Assembly: GCA_025800345.1 (NCBI GenBank)
Contig: JAOXSB010000073.1
Coordinates: 21,467 to 85,466, forward strand
From: Mangrovicoccus sp.
GTDB lineage: Bacteria > Pseudomonadota > Alphaproteobacteria > Rhodobacterales > Rhodobacteraceae
Length of the DNA stretch: 64,000 nucleotides
Reading direction: 5' to 3'
Shown piece after piece: positions 49,232-60,192 of the stretch (positions are counted from its first letter, which is position 1; every line of letters starts with the position of its first letter). A program made the translations under genes and the position numbers. The notes under the pieces were generated by a model. The model searched no databases. It was not told the DNA's origin and saw only the letters and a program-made list of their open reading frames with translations.

Positions 49232-49633
49232 ATGGAATTGGCCCCAGGTGAATATGGTTTTACGGATCTGCGCCCTGGCGATGGCTTTGCCACCGCTTGG
49301 CTGTGCCCGAGCCCCGAGGCATGCGCGCGATTCGGCGCCCTGACCGGCGCGCAGGCAAATCCCCAAAACCTGCCCGCCCTATTGATCCTTTCCATGGTGG
49401 AAGGGGCAAAGCAATCAGGGCCCGTGCAGATCCAAGGCCGCTTGATTCGCCGCTGGGAGATCACCTCTTGCGCCCCCGGCACGCTTGGTCAGCCTTTACG
49501 CGGGCGCTATGAAATCACCGCAACACGAGAAGCGGGCGCAAATGGGCTGGTGCAGCTGGGTTTGGATATCACAGAGCGCTCCGGCACGATGCTGTTGCGC
49601 GGCGCGGCCCAATTGCTGATGGCGCGGCCCTAG
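49232..49633 (+). CDS. Hypothetical protein (possibly hot-dog fold)
   Basis: 133-aa ORF with coding-like composition. The fold assignment is a guess. Confidence 0.4.
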   Translation: MELAPGEYGFTDLRPGDGFATAWLCPSPEACARFGALTGAQANPQNLPALLILSMVEGAKQSGPVQIQGRLIRRWEITSCAPGTLGQPLRGRYEITATREAGANGLVQLGLDITERSGTMLLRGAAQLLMARP

Positions 49634-49748
49634 CGCGTCCCGCGCCCTGCACGGTCCGGGCGATCACAATTTGCGTTACTCTCCCCCGCTTTATGCATCA
49701 CCGGGTGATCCCGCAGCGCAGCTATGCTAAACTTGTCTTAACCAATAA

Positions 49749-49774
49749 AGGCCCAATTAAGGGCCTCTTTCCTT
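49749..49774 (+). terminator. Candidate terminator hairpin AGGCCC-AATTAA-GGGCCT plus T-rich tail
   Basis: Read from the sequence, downstream of the 49232-49633 ORF. Confidence 0.4.
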
Positions 49775-49800
49775 GAGACAGAGCAACCCGGAGACAGGCG

Positions 49801-50628
49801 ATGTTACGTGCGCTTTTGCTATTGAGTCTGGCCGTGATCCTGGCCGGTTGTGGCGGCAATAAAGACCGCGCGGCAGAACGTGCCGCAACCACTGGCTATT
49901 ATGCGACCTCTGCCCCGGCTTCGGCCCATTTCCCGAAATTTGGCGATAGCGCTCCCCATGAATGGGACGGCCGCAGCCCAGATTACTATCCGATTCACGG
50001 CATTGATGTGTCCCGCTGGCAGGGCGAGATTGATTGGCACCGCGTTGCCCATAGCGGCGTGAGCTTTGCCTTTATCAAAGCCACTGAGGGCGGCGATTAT
50101 ATCGACCCGATGTTCGAGCAAAATTGGCGCGATGCGAAACGTGCCGGGGTGCCGCGCGGGGCGTATCATTACTATTATTTCTGCCGCAGCCCGGAAGAGC
50201 AGGCGAAATGGTTCTTCCGCAATGTGCCCAAAGATCCGCGCGCCTTGCCGCCGGTATTGGATATGGAATGGACCCATACTTCGAAAACCTGCACCTACCG
50301 GCCCGATAGCGCCACGATCAAATCCAAAGCGGATCGGTTTATCGCGCTGCTGACCGCCCATTACGGCAAACGCCCGATCATCTACACCACGGTGGATTTT
50401 TATCGTGAAACCCCCATTGGCCAGGTGCGCGGCGCGGATTTCTGGCTGCGCTCCGTGGCTGGGCACCCGCGGGATGTCTATGAAAAAGCCCGCTGGAGCT
50501 TCTGGCAATATACCGGCACTGGCCGGGTGCCTGGGATCACCGGGGATGTGGATATCAACGCCTTCGCAGGCTCACCGGAACGCTGGGCCGCTTGGCGCGA
50601 GGGCAGCGCCATCGTCGCCACCCGCTGA
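49801..50628 (+). CDS. Glycoside hydrolase family 25 lysozyme (muramidase), lipoprotein
   Basis: Lipobox LAGC. GIDVSRWQGEIDW...FAFIKATEG...GAYHY are GH25 motifs. Confidence 0.85.
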   Translation: MLRALLLLSLAVILAGCGGNKDRAAERAATTGYYATSAPASAHFPKFGDSAPHEWDGRSPDYYPIHGIDVSRWQGEIDWHRVAHSGVSFAFIKATEGGDYIDPMFEQNWRDAKRAGVPRGAYHYYYFCRSPEEQAKWFFRNVPKDPRALPPVLDMEWTHTSKTCTYRPDSATIKSKADRFIALLTAHYGKRPIIYTTVDFYRETPIGQVRGADFWLRSVAGHPRDVYEKARWSFWQYTGTGRVPGITGDVDINAFAGSPERWAAWREGSAIVATR

Positions 50629-50642
50629 TCGCACTGCTGGGT

Positions 50643-51188
50643 TTAGGAGCTGCGGCAACCTTCGGGCAGAACGCGGTTCCATTCCTCCAAGCGCGGCGCG
50701 CCCAAATCAATGCGCATTTCCCGCGCCCCATTGGGGCCATTGGTGATCCCCCAACCGCTGCGCAGATCGACTTCGCAATGGCCATCATCACCGCTGGCCA
50801 TGGAATCCCACCAAGACCGGGTGATTTTGGCCAGCCGGAAAGCATTATCGAACCAAGCGATGGTCAGGCCCTGATCCCAACGGGTGCGGCCCACCGCATG
50901 ATTGCCCGACAGCACCTCTAGGGCCCCATCGGCGCTGATTTGCAGCCGCGCCTCTTGTCCGGCCATAACGCTGGAAAACACCAGATCAGGGTAGAAATAG
51001 AGCTTGCCGCCGGCTTTGATGATCAGATCGGCATTGGGCGCATCAGCGCTCATGGCCAGCACGGCCTGATCCATCGCGCCATCCCCATCGAGATCGGCGA
51101 CGAGAAAATTCTGAGCAGAACAAATCGAGCCCGCCGTCATCGCCAGACAGGCGAGAACAAAAGACGCAGCCAGCAGTTTCATACCCAC
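50643..51188 (-). CDS. Secreted hypothetical protein with FG-GAP/VCBS-like DxDGDG motif
   Basis: Signal peptide and a DLDGDGAMD motif. Confidence 0.5.
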   Translation of the reverse strand: MGMKLLAASFVLACLAMTAGSICSAQNFLVADLDGDGAMDQAVLAMSADAPNADLIIKAGGKLYFYPDLVFSSVMAGQEARLQISADGALEVLSGNHAVGRTRWDQGLTIAWFDNAFRLAKITRSWWDSMASGDDGHCEVDLRSGWGITNGPNGAREMRIDLGAPRLEEWNRVLPEGCRSS

Positions 51189-51236
51189 GACCTACTACCA
51201 CTTGTTAAGCCAATCCCCATGGCATAGCCCTGGGCC

Positions 51237-52181
51237 ATGTCCACAGCTTTGATCAGCCACCCGTTGGGCCTTGCCCATATCACACCGCCCGGACATCCCG
51301 AACAGACGGGACGCTTGGACGCCATTTACACCGCATTGTCTAGCGCTGCTTTCAATGATCTCGAACAAGTCACAGCGCCACGGGCAGATGACGCAACGCT
51401 AAGATTATGCCATCCGCAGCATTATATTGACCGGATCGAGGCCGCTGCACCGGAGAGCGGCTGGGCCGCGCTGGATGGCGACACCCATTTGGTCAAAGCC
51501 ACCCCAGAGGCCGCGCGCCATGCGGTGGGCGGTGTGGTGGAGGCCGTGGATCGGGTGCTGGATGGGCGCAACCAAAACGCTTTCTGTGCAGGCCGTCCGC
51601 CAGGCCATCATGCGGAACATGAAACCGCCATGGGGTTCTGCCTTTACGGCAATGTGGCCATCGGCGCCAAACACGCTTTGGAGAATCGCGGGCTCAGCCG
51701 CGTTGCGGTGATCGATTTCGACGTACATCACGGCAATGGCACCCAAGATCTGCTTTGGGATGAGGCACGGGTGTTTTTCGCCTCGAGCCATCAATCACCG
51801 CTTTTTCCTGGCACCGGCCTGCCCAGCGAGCGCGGCGCTCATGGTCAGATCTTAAACGCGCCTCTGCCTGCGGGCACCGGCAGCGAGATGTTTCGCCAGA
51901 TCTATGACAATGTGATCCTGCGGCAGATCGAAGAGTTTTTGCCCGATTTGATCTTGGTCTCGGCGGGGTTCGACGCCCATCAGGCCGACACGCTGGCAGA
52001 TCTGCGCCTGAGCACCGATGATTTCACCTGGATCACCGAACGGATTTGCGATCTGGCGGATCGGGTATGCCAAGGCCGGGTGGTATCGAGCCTCGAAGGC
52101 GGCTATGATCTTGAAGCGCTCGCGGCCGCAACAGCCGCCCATATTTCCGTTTTGATGCGCCGTGGAGTTGCCCCTCAATGA
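51237..52181 (+). CDS. Histone deacetylase family (HDAC-like) amidohydrolase
   Basis: RPPGHHA, DFDVHHGNGTQ and EGGY motifs. Confidence 0.85.
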   Translation: MSTALISHPLGLAHITPPGHPEQTGRLDAIYTALSSAAFNDLEQVTAPRADDATLRLCHPQHYIDRIEAAAPESGWAALDGDTHLVKATPEAARHAVGGVVEAVDRVLDGRNQNAFCAGRPPGHHAEHETAMGFCLYGNVAIGAKHALENRGLSRVAVIDFDVHHGNGTQDLLWDEARVFFASSHQSPLFPGTGLPSERGAHGQILNAPLPAGTGSEMFRQIYDNVILRQIEEFLPDLILVSAGFDAHQADTLADLRLSTDDFTWITERICDLADRVCQGRVVSSLEGGYDLEALAAATAAHISVLMRRGVAPQ

Positions 52182-52429
52182 CCCAATCCTCTGAAAAACC
52201 CGTGTCGGAAATGAGCTTTGAAGAAGCCATGGCCGCGCTTGAGGCAGTTGTGGGACAGCTCGAGCGGGGCGATGTACCCCTAGAAGCCTCGATCGCGCTG
52301 TATGAGCGCGGCGCGGCGCTGAAGGCCCATTGCGATGCGAAGCTGAAAGCGGCCGAGGAAAAGGTCGAAGCCATCACTTTGGATGGTGCGGGCAAACCCA
52401 CAGGCACCAAACCGGCAGAAGATCTCTAA
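52178..52429 (+). CDS. xseB: Exodeoxyribonuclease VII small subunit
   Basis: SFEEAMAALEAVVGQLERGDVPLEASIALYERG is canonical. Conserved xseB-ispA-dxs order. Confidence 0.9.
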   Translation: MTQSSEKPVSEMSFEEAMAALEAVVGQLERGDVPLEASIALYERGAALKAHCDAKLKAAEEKVEAITLDGAGKPTGTKPAEDL

Positions 52430-52434
52430 AACCG

Positions 52435-53304
52435 ATGTTCAAGACCGAATTGGCCGCCGCTACTGCCCGCGTGCAGGCACGTTTCGATGTGATTTTTGCA
52501 GATTTGCCGCAAAACCCGATCACCGAAGGCATGCGCTATGCCCTAGAAGGGGGCAAAACCCTGCGCGGCTATCTGGTGCTGGAAAGCGCCCGGCTACATG
52601 GGCTCGACCCGGCCCAGGCCGAACTCGCCGCCGCCGCGATTGAAGCGCTGCACGCCTATAGCCTGGTGCATGATGATCTGCCCTGTATGGATGATGATGA
52701 TCTGCGCCGGGGCCGCCCTACTGTGCATGTGAAATGGGATGAAGGCAGCGCGGTTTTGGTGGGCGACGCGCTGCAAAGCCTCGCCTTTGATCTGCTATCG
52801 CGCCCCGATTGCGCCCCTGATCCGGCCATTCGCGCCGATCTGGTGGCTAGCCTGGCCCGGGCCGCGGGTATCACCGGTATGGTTTTGGGCCAGGCCCAGG
52901 ACATTGCTGCGGAAACCGCCGCCCAACCGCTGGATCTGGATCAGATCATCGCCTTGCAGCGCAATAAAACCGGCGCGCTGATTGCCTGGTCTGCGGAGGC
53001 AGGGGCGCGCTTGGCCGGGGCCGACCCCGCCCCCATGCGCGCTTATGCCCAGGCCCTGGGCCTGGCCTTTCAAATCGCCGATGATGTGCTGGATGTGACC
53101 GGCAGCGCCGAGGTGACCGGCAAACAGGTGCAAAAGGACGCGGCGGCGGGCAAAGCCACCTTTGTTGGGCTTTTGGGCCTGGACGGCGCGCGCGCGCGGG
53201 CCACATCCCTTATAGAAGACGCCGAAGCCGCTCTGGCGCCCTATGGCGCGGCGGCAGAGCAGTTGCGTCAGGCAGCGCGCTTCGTTATTTCGCGCGATCA
53301 CTGA
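52435..53304 (+). CDS. ispA: Farnesyl diphosphate synthase (polyprenyl synthetase)
   Basis: [21 protein letters not shown] and [16 protein letters not shown] 52435. Confidence 0.9.
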   Translation: MFKTELAAATARVQARFDVIFADLPQNPITEGMRYALEGGKTLRGYLVLESARLHGLDPAQAELAAAAIEALHAYSLVHDDLPCMDDDDLRRGRPTVHVKWDEGSAVLVGDALQSLAFDLLSRPDCAPDPAIRADLVASLARAAGITGMVLGQAQDIAAETAAQPLDLDQIIALQRNKTGALIAWSAEAGARLAGADPAPMRAYAQALGLAFQIADDVLDVTGSAEVTGKQVQKDAAAGKATFVGLLGLDGARARATSLIEDAEAALAPYGAAAEQLRQAARFVISRDH

Positions 53305-53323
53305 CCGTCCGCGAGGAAACGTC

Positions 53324-55249
53324 ATGAGCGACCGCCCCAAGACCCCCCTACTCGACCGGGTGCATATCCCGGCGGATATGAAAAACTTCTCTGATGCCGA
53401 GCTGATCCAGCTCGCCCATGAGCTGCGCGCCGAAACCGTCAGCGCGGTTTCTGTGACCGGCGGGCATTTGGGCGCGGGGCTGGGCGTGGTGGAACTAACC
53501 GTGGGGCTCCATGCGGTGTTCGACACCCCCCGCGATCAGTTGATCTGGGATGTGAGCCATCAATGCTATCCCCATAAGATCTTGACCGGGCGCCGTGATC
53601 GCATTCGCACCCTGCGCCAAAAGGACGGGCTGTCAGGCTTCACCAAGCGCAAGGAAAGCCCTTATGACCCGTTCGGGGCGGCCCATAGCTCCACCTCGAT
53701 CTCTGCGGCTCTGGGCCTGGCCACGGCCCGGGATCTGGGCGCGAAGGGCGTGGGCGATTGCATCGCGGTGATTGGCGATGGCTCCATGAGCGCTGGCATG
53801 GCCTATGAGGCCATGAACAATGCCGGCCATATGGGCAATCGGCTCATTGTGATTCTCAACGATAATGAAATGTCCATCGCCCCGCCCACCGGCGCGATGT
53901 CCAATTACCTTTCGCGGCTTTATGCTGAGGCCCCGATCCAAGATCTGGCACAAGTGGCCAAGGATGCCGTGCGCTTGCTGCCCCCGCCCTTCCAAGAAGG
54001 GGCAAAACGGGCCCGCGATCTGATCAAGCATTCGGTGATCGGCCATGGCACATTGTTCGAAGAACTGGGCTTTAGCTATATCGGCCCTATCGATGGCCAT
54101 GATCTGAACCAGATCCTGCCGGTGCTGCGCAGCGTCAAAGCCCGCGCCAATGGGCCAGTGCTGATCCACGCCATCACCAAAAAGGGCAAAGGCTATGCCC
54201 CTGCCGAAGACAGCGCCGATCGCGGCCATGCGCGGGCGCGATTCGATGTGGTCACCGGCAAGCAGCAAAAACCGCCCTCAAACGCCCCAAGCTATACCAA
54301 AGTCTTTGCCCAATCGCTGATTGATGAGGCCAGCCGCGATGATGATATCGTGGCGGTCACAGCGGCCATGCCCGATGGCACTGGGCTGGATCTTTTTGCC
54401 GAGCGCTTCCCCGAGCGCTGTTTCGATGTGGGTATTGCCGAGCAACATGGGGTGACCTTCTGCGCAGGCATCGCGGCGGCGGGGATGAAACCCTTCTGCG
54501 CCATGTATTCCACCTTCTTGCAGCGCGGCTATGACCAGGTGGTGCATGATGTGGCGATCCAGCGCTTGCCCGTGCGCTTTGCCATTGACCGGGCCGGGCT
54601 TGTGGGCGCCGATGGCCCCACCCATGCGGGCAGTTTCGACATCGCCTTCCTGGCCAATCTGCCAGATATGGTGGTGATGGCCGCCGCCGATGAAGCCGAG
54701 CTGGTGCATATGGTGGCCACTGCTGTGGCGATTGATGATCAGCCCTCGGCCTTCCGCTTCCCGCGCGGCGAAGGCGCTGGCGTGGAAATGCCCGAGCGCG
54801 GCAGCCCGCTTGAGATCGGCAAAGGCCGCATGATCCGCGAAGGCAAAGGCGTGGCGATCCTGAGTTTTGGGGCGCGCTTGTCCGAGGTTATGGTGGCCTG
54901 CGAGAATCTGGGGGCCTATGGGCTTTCCCCAACTGTTGCCGATGCGCGCTTTGCCAAGCCACTGGACCGGGATCTGGTGCTGCGCCTGGCTGCCGAGCAT
55001 GAGGCCTTGATCACCATCGAGGAAGGCGCCATTGGCGGCTTTGGCTCCCATGTGGCGCAATGCCTGGCCGATGCAGGCGTGTTCGACACTGGGCTGAAAT
55101 TCCGTTCCATGGTGCTGCCGGACACGTTCCAAGATCAAGCCAGCCCGAAAGACATGTATGCGGCCGCGGCGATGAACGCCCCAGATATTGAGGCCAAAGT
55201 GCTGGAGGTGCTGGGGGTGACACGGCTAGAGGGCAGCGGTCGGGGCTAA
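53324..55249 (+). CDS. dxs: 1-deoxy-D-xylulose-5-phosphate synthase
   Basis: Canonical DXS throughout ([26 protein letters not shown]). ATG 53324. Confidence 0.95.
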   Translation: MSDRPKTPLLDRVHIPADMKNFSDAELIQLAHELRAETVSAVSVTGGHLGAGLGVVELTVGLHAVFDTPRDQLIWDVSHQCYPHKILTGRRDRIRTLRQKDGLSGFTKRKESPYDPFGAAHSSTSISAALGLATARDLGAKGVGDCIAVIGDGSMSAGMAYEAMNNAGHMGNRLIVILNDNEMSIAPPTGAMSNYLSRLYAEAPIQDLAQVAKDAVRLLPPPFQEGAKRARDLIKHSVIGHGTLFEELGFSYIGPIDGHDLNQILPVLRSVKARANGPVLIHAITKKGKGYAPAEDSADRGHARARFDVVTGKQQKPPSNAPSYTKVFAQSLIDEASRDDDIVAVTAAMPDGTGLDLFAERFPERCFDVGIAEQHGVTFCAGIAAAGMKPFCAMYSTFLQRGYDQVVHDVAIQRLPVRFAIDRAGLVGADGPTHAGSFDIAFLANLPDMVVMAAADEAELVHMVATAVAIDDQPSAFRFPRGEGAGVEMPERGSPLEIGKGRMIREGKGVAILSFGARLSEVMVACENLGAYGLSPTVADARFAKPLDRDLVLRLAAEHEALITIEEGAIGGFGSHVAQCLADAGVFDTGLKFRSMVLPDTFQDQASPKDMYAAAAMNAPDIEAKVLEVLGVTRLEGSGRG

Positions 55250-55280
55250 GGCCCCGTTTGCCCAAACATCCAAACAAAAG

Positions 55281-55312
55281 AAAACGCCCCATCCAATCGG
55301 ACGGGGCGTTTT
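55281..55312. terminator. Bidirectional terminator between dxs and rpmD
   Basis: AAAACGCCCC-N12-GGGGCGTTTT is a perfect 10-nt inverted repeat with A/T runs on both sides. Confidence 0.65.
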
Positions 55313-55336
55313 CTTGTCTGAAGCTGTGGGGAGCGC

Positions 55337-55525
55337 TTAGCCGCGCTCTTCCACGATCTCCACCAGATGCGGGATCTTATTGACCATGCCGCGCACGGAA
55401 GGGGTATCTTCCAGCTCGCGGGTTTTGTGCATCTTGTTCAGGCCCAGACCGATCAGCGTTTGACGCTGGTCGGCGGGACGGCGGATCGGGCTGCCGATCT
55501 GCTTTACAACGATGGTCTTAGCCAT
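55337..55525 (-). CDS. rpmD: 50S ribosomal protein L30
   Basis: 62 aa, canonical L30. Confidence 0.95.
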   Translation of the reverse strand: MAKTIVVKQIGSPIRRPADQRQTLIGLGLNKMHKTRELEDTPSVRGMVNKIPHLVEIVEERG

Positions 55526-55537
55526 GGGTCAGTCTCC

Positions 55538-56131
55538 TCAGGCGGACGCTTGCTCGGCTGCTTCAGGAGCAGCTTCTGCAACGGGTGCCGGTGCCTCATC
55601 CCGCTTGGGCAGGATATCGGCGACCTTTTTACCACGACGCTGAGCAACCATACGGGGGCTGGATTCTTTGGTCAGCCCGTCGATGGTGGCGCGGATCATG
55701 TTGTAAGGGTTCTGAGACCCGATGGATTTCGCCACCACGTCCTGAACACCCAACATTTCAAACACCGCACGCATCGGACCACCGGCAATGATACCAGTAC
55801 CGGTCGGTGCCGTGCGCATGACCACTTTACCTGCGCCCCAACGACCTTCGATGTCGTGATGCAGGGTGCGGCCTTCGCGCAGAGGCACACGAACCAGACC
55901 ACGCTTGGCCTGCTCGGTGGCTTTGCGGATCGCCTCGGGCACCTCTTTGGCTTTACCCTTGCCGAAACCCACGCGGCCTTTTTGGTCGCCGACAACCACG
56001 AGAGCGGCGAAGCCAAAGCGCTTACCACCTTTCACGGTTTTCGACACGCGGTTGATCGCCACGAGACGATCGGCGAATTCCGGGGTTTCGTCGCGATCGC
56101 GACGGTCCCGACGGTTTTCACGTTCTGCCAT
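55538..56131 (-). CDS. rpsE: 30S ribosomal protein S5
   Basis: Canonical S5. Confidence 0.95.
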   Translation of the reverse strand: MAERENRRDRRDRDETPEFADRLVAINRVSKTVKGGKRFGFAALVVVGDQKGRVGFGKGKAKEVPEAIRKATEQAKRGLVRVPLREGRTLHHDIEGRWGAGKVVMRTAPTGTGIIAGGPMRAVFEMLGVQDVVAKSIGSQNPYNMIRATIDGLTKESSPRMVAQRRGKKVADILPKRDEAPAPVAEAAPEAAEQASA

Positions 56132-56141
56132 ATCCGTCTCC

Positions 56142-56501
56142 TTAGAACTTCAGACCGCCCTCACGGGCGGCATCGGCGAGCGCCTTGACCTTGCCGTGAA
56201 AGAGAAAACCACCCCGATCGAAGTAGCATTCTTCCACGCCCTTTGCTTTCGCCCGTTCGGCAATAGCGGTGCCCACTTTGGCAGCGGCTTCCACATTGTT
56301 GGTACCGACCACGCCGAGATCTTTTTCCAGCGAGGAGGCGGCGGCCAGGGTCACGCCCTGGACGTCGTCGATCAGCTGAACGCTGATGTTCTTGTTGCTG
56401 CGATGAACGCTCAAGCGCGGCTTTACGCCGGCTTCGCGCTTCAGTTTGTTCCGGACGCGCAGGCGGCGCTTCAGGAACAGGGTCCGTTTGCTGTTGGCCA
56501 T
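56142..56501 (-). CDS. rplR: 50S ribosomal protein L18
   Basis: Canonical L18. Confidence 0.95.
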   Translation of the reverse strand: MANSKRTLFLKRRLRVRNKLKREAGVKPRLSVHRSNKNISVQLIDDVQGVTLAAASSLEKDLGVVGTNNVEAAAKVGTAIAERAKAKGVEECYFDRGGFLFHGKVKALADAAREGGLKF

Positions 56502-56512
56502 CTGTCCGGTCC

Positions 56513-57046
56513 TTACTTCTTCTTACCTTCCTTGCGGAAGATATACTCATCCTTGTAGCGAATACCTTTGCCTTTATAGGGCTCGGGTGCGCGCCATTCG
56601 CGGATATTGGCGGCCACTTGGCCGACGAGCTGCTGATCATCGCCTTCAATGACAATCTCGGTCTGCTTGGGGCAGGTTACCGTGATGCCTTTGGGCACTT
56701 CGAAATTCACGTCATGGCTATAGCCGAGCGCCAGTTTGAGCGTGGTGCCCTGCATCTGTGCCCGGTAACCCACACCTTGGATTTCCAGCTCTTTTTTGAA
56801 GCCCTCGGTCACGCCAGTGACGAGGTTCTGGATCATGGTGCGGCTCATGCCCCATTGCTGACGCGCCCGCTTGGACTTGCCTCGCGGGGTGACAGAGATC
56901 TTGCCGTCTTCCACAGCCAAGGTGACATCGTCAGTGGCGGTGAAGCTGCGGGTGCCCTTGGGCCCTTTCACTTCAACCGTCTGCGCTTTCACCTCTGCAG
57001 TGACGCCAGAGGGCAGATCGACGGGTTTTTTCCCGATACGCGACAT
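56513..57046 (-). CDS. rplF: 50S ribosomal protein L6
   Basis: [15 protein letters not shown]... from ATG 57046. The track ORF extends upstream artefactually. Confidence 0.95.
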   Translation of the reverse strand: MSRIGKKPVDLPSGVTAEVKAQTVEVKGPKGTRSFTATDDVTLAVEDGKISVTPRGKSKRARQQWGMSRTMIQNLVTGVTEGFKKELEIQGVGYRAQMQGTTLKLALGYSHDVNFEVPKGITVTCPKQTEIVIEGDDQQLVGQVAANIREWRAPEPYKGKGIRYKDEYIFRKEGKKK

Positions 57047-57056
57047 CTTTCCCTCC

Positions 57057-57449
57057 TTAGAACACGGTGCAGAGCACTTCGCCGCCAACATTGGAAGCGC
57101 GTGCATTGGCATCGGACATAACGCCTTTGGGGGTCGACACGATGGAAACGCCCAGACCCTGACGGACCTGCGGGATTTCCTTGACGCCCATATAGACGCG
57201 GCGGCCAGGCTTGGACACACGCTGCAATTCGCGGATCACCGGGGTGCCGTCGAAATATTTCAGCGAGATTTCCAGAGCTGGAAGGCCAGCCTCGGTGGTG
57301 GTGTGCTCGTAACCGCGGATGTAGCCTTCATCGGCCAGCACATCCAAAACCCAAGCCCGCAGCTTAGAAGCCGGAGTGGATACGGTGGATTTACCACGCA
57401 TCTGCGCGTTGCGGATACGGGTGAGCATATCTCCGAGAGGATCGTTCAT
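57057..57449 (-). CDS. rpsH: 30S ribosomal protein S8
   Basis: Canonical S8. Confidence 0.95.
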   Translation of the reverse strand: MNDPLGDMLTRIRNAQMRGKSTVSTPASKLRAWVLDVLADEGYIRGYEHTTTEAGLPALEISLKYFDGTPVIRELQRVSKPGRRVYMGVKEIPQVRQGLGVSIVSTPKGVMSDANARASNVGGEVLCTVF

Positions 57450-57461
57450 ATCGTCTCCTCC

Positions 57462-57767
57462 TTACCAGCTCGACTTAACCAGACCGGGGATCTGGCCTTT
57501 GCTGCCCAAATCGCGCAGGGCGATCCGGCTAACCTTGAGCTTGCGGTAATACGCATGCGGACGGCCGGTGAGCTGGCAGCGGTTGTGAATACGGGTTGCC
57601 GAGCTGTTGCGCGGCAGTTTGGCCAGCTTCAGACGCGCTTTGAAGCGCTCTTCCATGGGCCGGCTTTCATCGTTGGCGATTTCCTTCAGCGCGGCGCGCT
57701 TGGCGGCATATTTCTCCACCAGCTTGGCGCGCTTCACCTCGCGTTCGATCATTGCTTTTTTAGCCAT
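57462..57767 (-). CDS. rpsN: 30S ribosomal protein S14
   Basis: 101-aa long-form S14. Confidence 0.95.
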   Translation of the reverse strand: MAKKAMIEREVKRAKLVEKYAAKRAALKEIANDESRPMEERFKARLKLAKLPRNSSATRIHNRCQLTGRPHAYYRKLKVSRIALRDLGSKGQIPGLVKSSW

Positions 57768-57782
57768 GTGATCTCTCCGGGC

Positions 57783-58343
57783 TCAGCTGTTGAACGGCAT
57801 GTTGAACTGCTTCAACAGCGCCTTTGCTTCCGCGTCGGTGGGCGCGGTGGTGCAGATGATGATATCCATGCCGCGAACGGTATCGACTTTGTCGAAATCG
57901 ATCTCAGGGAACACGATGTGCTCTTTGAGGCCCATGGCATAGTTGCCGCGCCCATCGAAGGACTTGCCGGACACGCCGCGGAAGTCGCGGATGCGAGGCA
58001 TGGCGATGGTGATCAGACGATCCAGGAATTCATACATCCGGTCATTGCGCAGGGTCACTTTGGTGCCCAGCGGCATGCCTTCACGAACCCGGAAACCCGC
58101 GATGGATTTCTTGGCGCGTGTCACCAGAGCTTTTTGACCTGCGATGGCGGTCAGATCTTCCTGAGCCGACTTCACCTTTTTGGTGTCGTTGACGGCTTCG
58201 CCAACACCCATGTTCAGGACGATTTTGTCCAGACGCGGGATCATCATCTCGTTCTTATAGCTGAATTCTTCTTTCAGCGCAGCGCGGATGGTTTCGCGAT
58301 AGAGCGATTTGAGACGCGGCGTGTAGCTTGCAGTGTCAAGCAT
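57783..58343 (-). CDS. rplE: 50S ribosomal protein L5
   Basis: Canonical L5. Confidence 0.95.
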   Translation of the reverse strand: MLDTASYTPRLKSLYRETIRAALKEEFSYKNEMMIPRLDKIVLNMGVGEAVNDTKKVKSAQEDLTAIAGQKALVTRAKKSIAGFRVREGMPLGTKVTLRNDRMYEFLDRLITIAMPRIRDFRGVSGKSFDGRGNYAMGLKEHIVFPEIDFDKVDTVRGMDIIICTTAPTDAEAKALLKQFNMPFNS

Positions 58344-58648
58344 CAGACAGCCTCCCCAGTGGTCTTGGCGAAACGCACTTTCTTGCCGTCTTCCACACGG
58401 AAGCCAACGCGAGTGGCTTTGCCATTGCTGTCAAGCAGCGCGAGGTTGGACAGATCAACAGGCATTGCGGTCGGCACGCGGCCACCTTGGCTTGCCTGGG
58501 TCTGACGCTGGTGGCGGATGGCGATATTGATGCCTTCCACAACGGCTTTCCCGGCTTTGGGCATCACTTGGGTGATCTCACCCTCTTTGCCCTTGTCCTT
58601 ACCGGCCAGCACGACGACCTTGTCGCCTTTTTTCAGTTTCGCAGCCAT
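58343..58648 (-). CDS. rplX: 50S ribosomal protein L24
   Basis: Canonical L24 ([16 protein letters not shown]). Confidence 0.95.
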   Translation of the reverse strand: MAAKLKKGDKVVVLAGKDKGKEGEITQVMPKAGKAVVEGINIAIRHQRQTQASQGGRVPTAMPVDLSNLALLDSNGKATRVGFRVEDGKKVRFAKTTGEAV

Positions 58649-58650
58649 GG

Positions 58651-59019
58651 TCAGAGCACCTCCGGCGCGAGGCTGATGATCTTCATGAAGTTCTTGGCGC
58701 GCAGCTCGCGGACCACTGGTCCGAAGATACGGGTGCCGATCGGCTCCATGTTGTTGTTGAGGATCACAGCGGCGTTGCGATCAAAACGGATGGCGGTGCC
58801 ATCCTCACGACGGACTTCCTTAGCAGTGCGCACAACGACAGCCTTACGGACATCGCCTTTTTTCACACGGCCGCGCGGAATGGCTTCTTTGACCGACACC
58901 ACAATGATGTCGCCCACAGAGGCGTATTTCCGCTTGGATCCGCCGAGAACCTTGATGCACTGAACCCGGCGAGCACCGGAGTTATCAGCGACATCCAGAT
59001 TGGTCTGCATCTGGATCAT
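58651..59019 (-). CDS. rplN: 50S ribosomal protein L14
   Basis: [17 protein letters not shown]... is canonical L14. Confidence 0.95.
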   Translation of the reverse strand: MIQMQTNLDVADNSGARRVQCIKVLGGSKRKYASVGDIIVVSVKEAIPRGRVKKGDVRKAVVVRTAKEVRREDGTAIRFDRNAAVILNNNMEPIGTRIFGPVVRELRAKNFMKIISLAPEVL

Positions 59020-59084
59020 GGGGTTTCTCCCGACCTTTGGGAACTGGTCCCAGGGTTTCGCTCAAACTGAGCGGTGTGATCGCC

Positions 59085-59315
59085 TTAGGCGGTCAACACC
59101 TCCCAGCGTTTCGTTTTCGACTTCGGCGCGCATTCGATGATGCGGACGCTGTCGCCTTCTTTGTACGTATTCGCCTCATCATGGGCGCGGTACTTCTTCG
59201 ACTTCCGGATGGTTTTCTGCAGAACCGGGTGCTTGAAGCGGCGTTCCACGGAAACGGTCACGGTTTGGTCATTCTTGGCGCTGGTCACAGTGCCTTGCAG
59301 GATGCGTTTGGGCAT
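59085..59315 (-). CDS. rpsQ: 30S ribosomal protein S17
   Basis: [21 protein letters not shown]... from ATG 59315. Confidence 0.95.
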   Translation of the reverse strand: MPKRILQGTVTSAKNDQTVTVSVERRFKHPVLQKTIRKSKKYRAHDEANTYKEGDSVRIIECAPKSKTKRWEVLTA

Positions 59316-59328
59316 AGAACCAGCCTCC

Positions 59329-59535
59329 TTATTCGCTTGCAGCCGCAGCAGCGGCCTTTTCATTAAGAACAGTCATCACGCGAGCCACGTCACGACGGAC
59401 GGTGCGCATACGGGCGGTGTTCTCAATTTGGCTGGTGGCCTGCTGGAAACGCAGGTTGAAAGCCTCTTTCTTCAGAGTGGCGAGGGCATCGCGCAGCTCG
59501 TCAGGCGTTTTATCACGCAGTTCTTGGGCGTTCAT
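59329..59535 (-). CDS. rpmC: 50S ribosomal protein L29
   Basis: 68 aa, canonical L29. Confidence 0.95.
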   Translation of the reverse strand: MNAQELRDKTPDELRDALATLKKEAFNLRFQQATSQIENTARMRTVRRDVARVMTVLNEKAAAAAASE

Positions 59536-59627
59536 CGCCTATTCCTTTTTTACAACATCACTGGGGGGCCCCGACCGGTAAGTGCCGGGTCACCCTGATT
59601 CCAGTGGAGATCGTGGATGAAGCGCGC

Positions 59628-59656
59628 GTATAGGCCCAAGCGCCAAGGATAGCAAG
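59628..59656 (-). promoter_or_regulatory. Candidate promoter for rpmC and downstream genes (CTTGCT-N17-CTATAC on minus strand)
   Basis: Hexamers read from the sequence resemble the alphaproteobacterial CTTGAC/CTATAT consensus. A promoter is needed here if the terminator after rplP is functional. Confidence 0.3.
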
Positions 59657-59731
59657 CCTTTCCCGCAGCAGATGAATGAGGAACTGAATAGGACAACTTT
59701 GGGCGCACAAGGTTGCTGCGATCCATTCCGT

Positions 59732-59783
<52 letters not shown>

Positions 59784-59890
59784 CGGCCCAGGCAGCGGGC
59801 ACCCCTTGTAAACGGAACAGCCACTCACTATTTATCAATTATCCGTGATGAGTTTACGGGATTAAGGGGTATAATTATTATTTTTTCCAC

Positions 59891-60145
59891 ATGGTTAGAC
59901 TTTTGAAAGAACCAATGAACCAGCAAGAATACCTAAACCAGTTCGAACTGAACCAAATAAAAATCACGCGCACGCGCTTAACTTTCGACGAAGCGGTAGC
60001 TGTATGGCACATGCACTGGGATGAAAACTTCAATAGCCTGATAGCCGCGAAGTTCGGCGTCAATCAGGGCCGGATCGCTGAAATCCTCAACGAAAAGGCC
60101 CATATAGGCTCGCGTGAACGCGCTTTTCAGCTTAGATCAGGTTAA
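59891..60145 (+). CDS. Small HTH protein (sigma-r4/Nlp-like), AT-rich foreign-looking gene
   Basis: 84 aa. LTFDEAVAVWHMHWDENFNSLIAAKFGVNQGRIAEILNEKAH resembles small phage/plasmid-type HTH proteins. A TATAAT box lies at 59870-59875. Confidence 0.55.
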   Translation: MVRLLKEPMNQQEYLNQFELNQIKITRTRLTFDEAVAVWHMHWDENFNSLIAAKFGVNQGRIAEILNEKAHIGSRERAFQLRSG

Positions 60146-60157
60146 AAGCTACTAACG

Positions 60158-60179
60158 CAGCCGCCTCTCGGGGCGGCTG
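60158..60179. terminator. Hairpin CAGCCGCC-N6-GGCGGCTG between convergent genes
   Basis: Perfect 8-bp stem read from the sequence. The flanking T-runs are weak. Confidence 0.45.
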
Positions 60180-60192
60180 TTCACTTACACAA

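Noticed and set aside
56871-58505. 544-aa plus-strand ORF antisense to rplF-rpsH-rpsN-rplE
   Set aside because: Same reasoning: the ribosomal protein genes on the minus strand explain the region.
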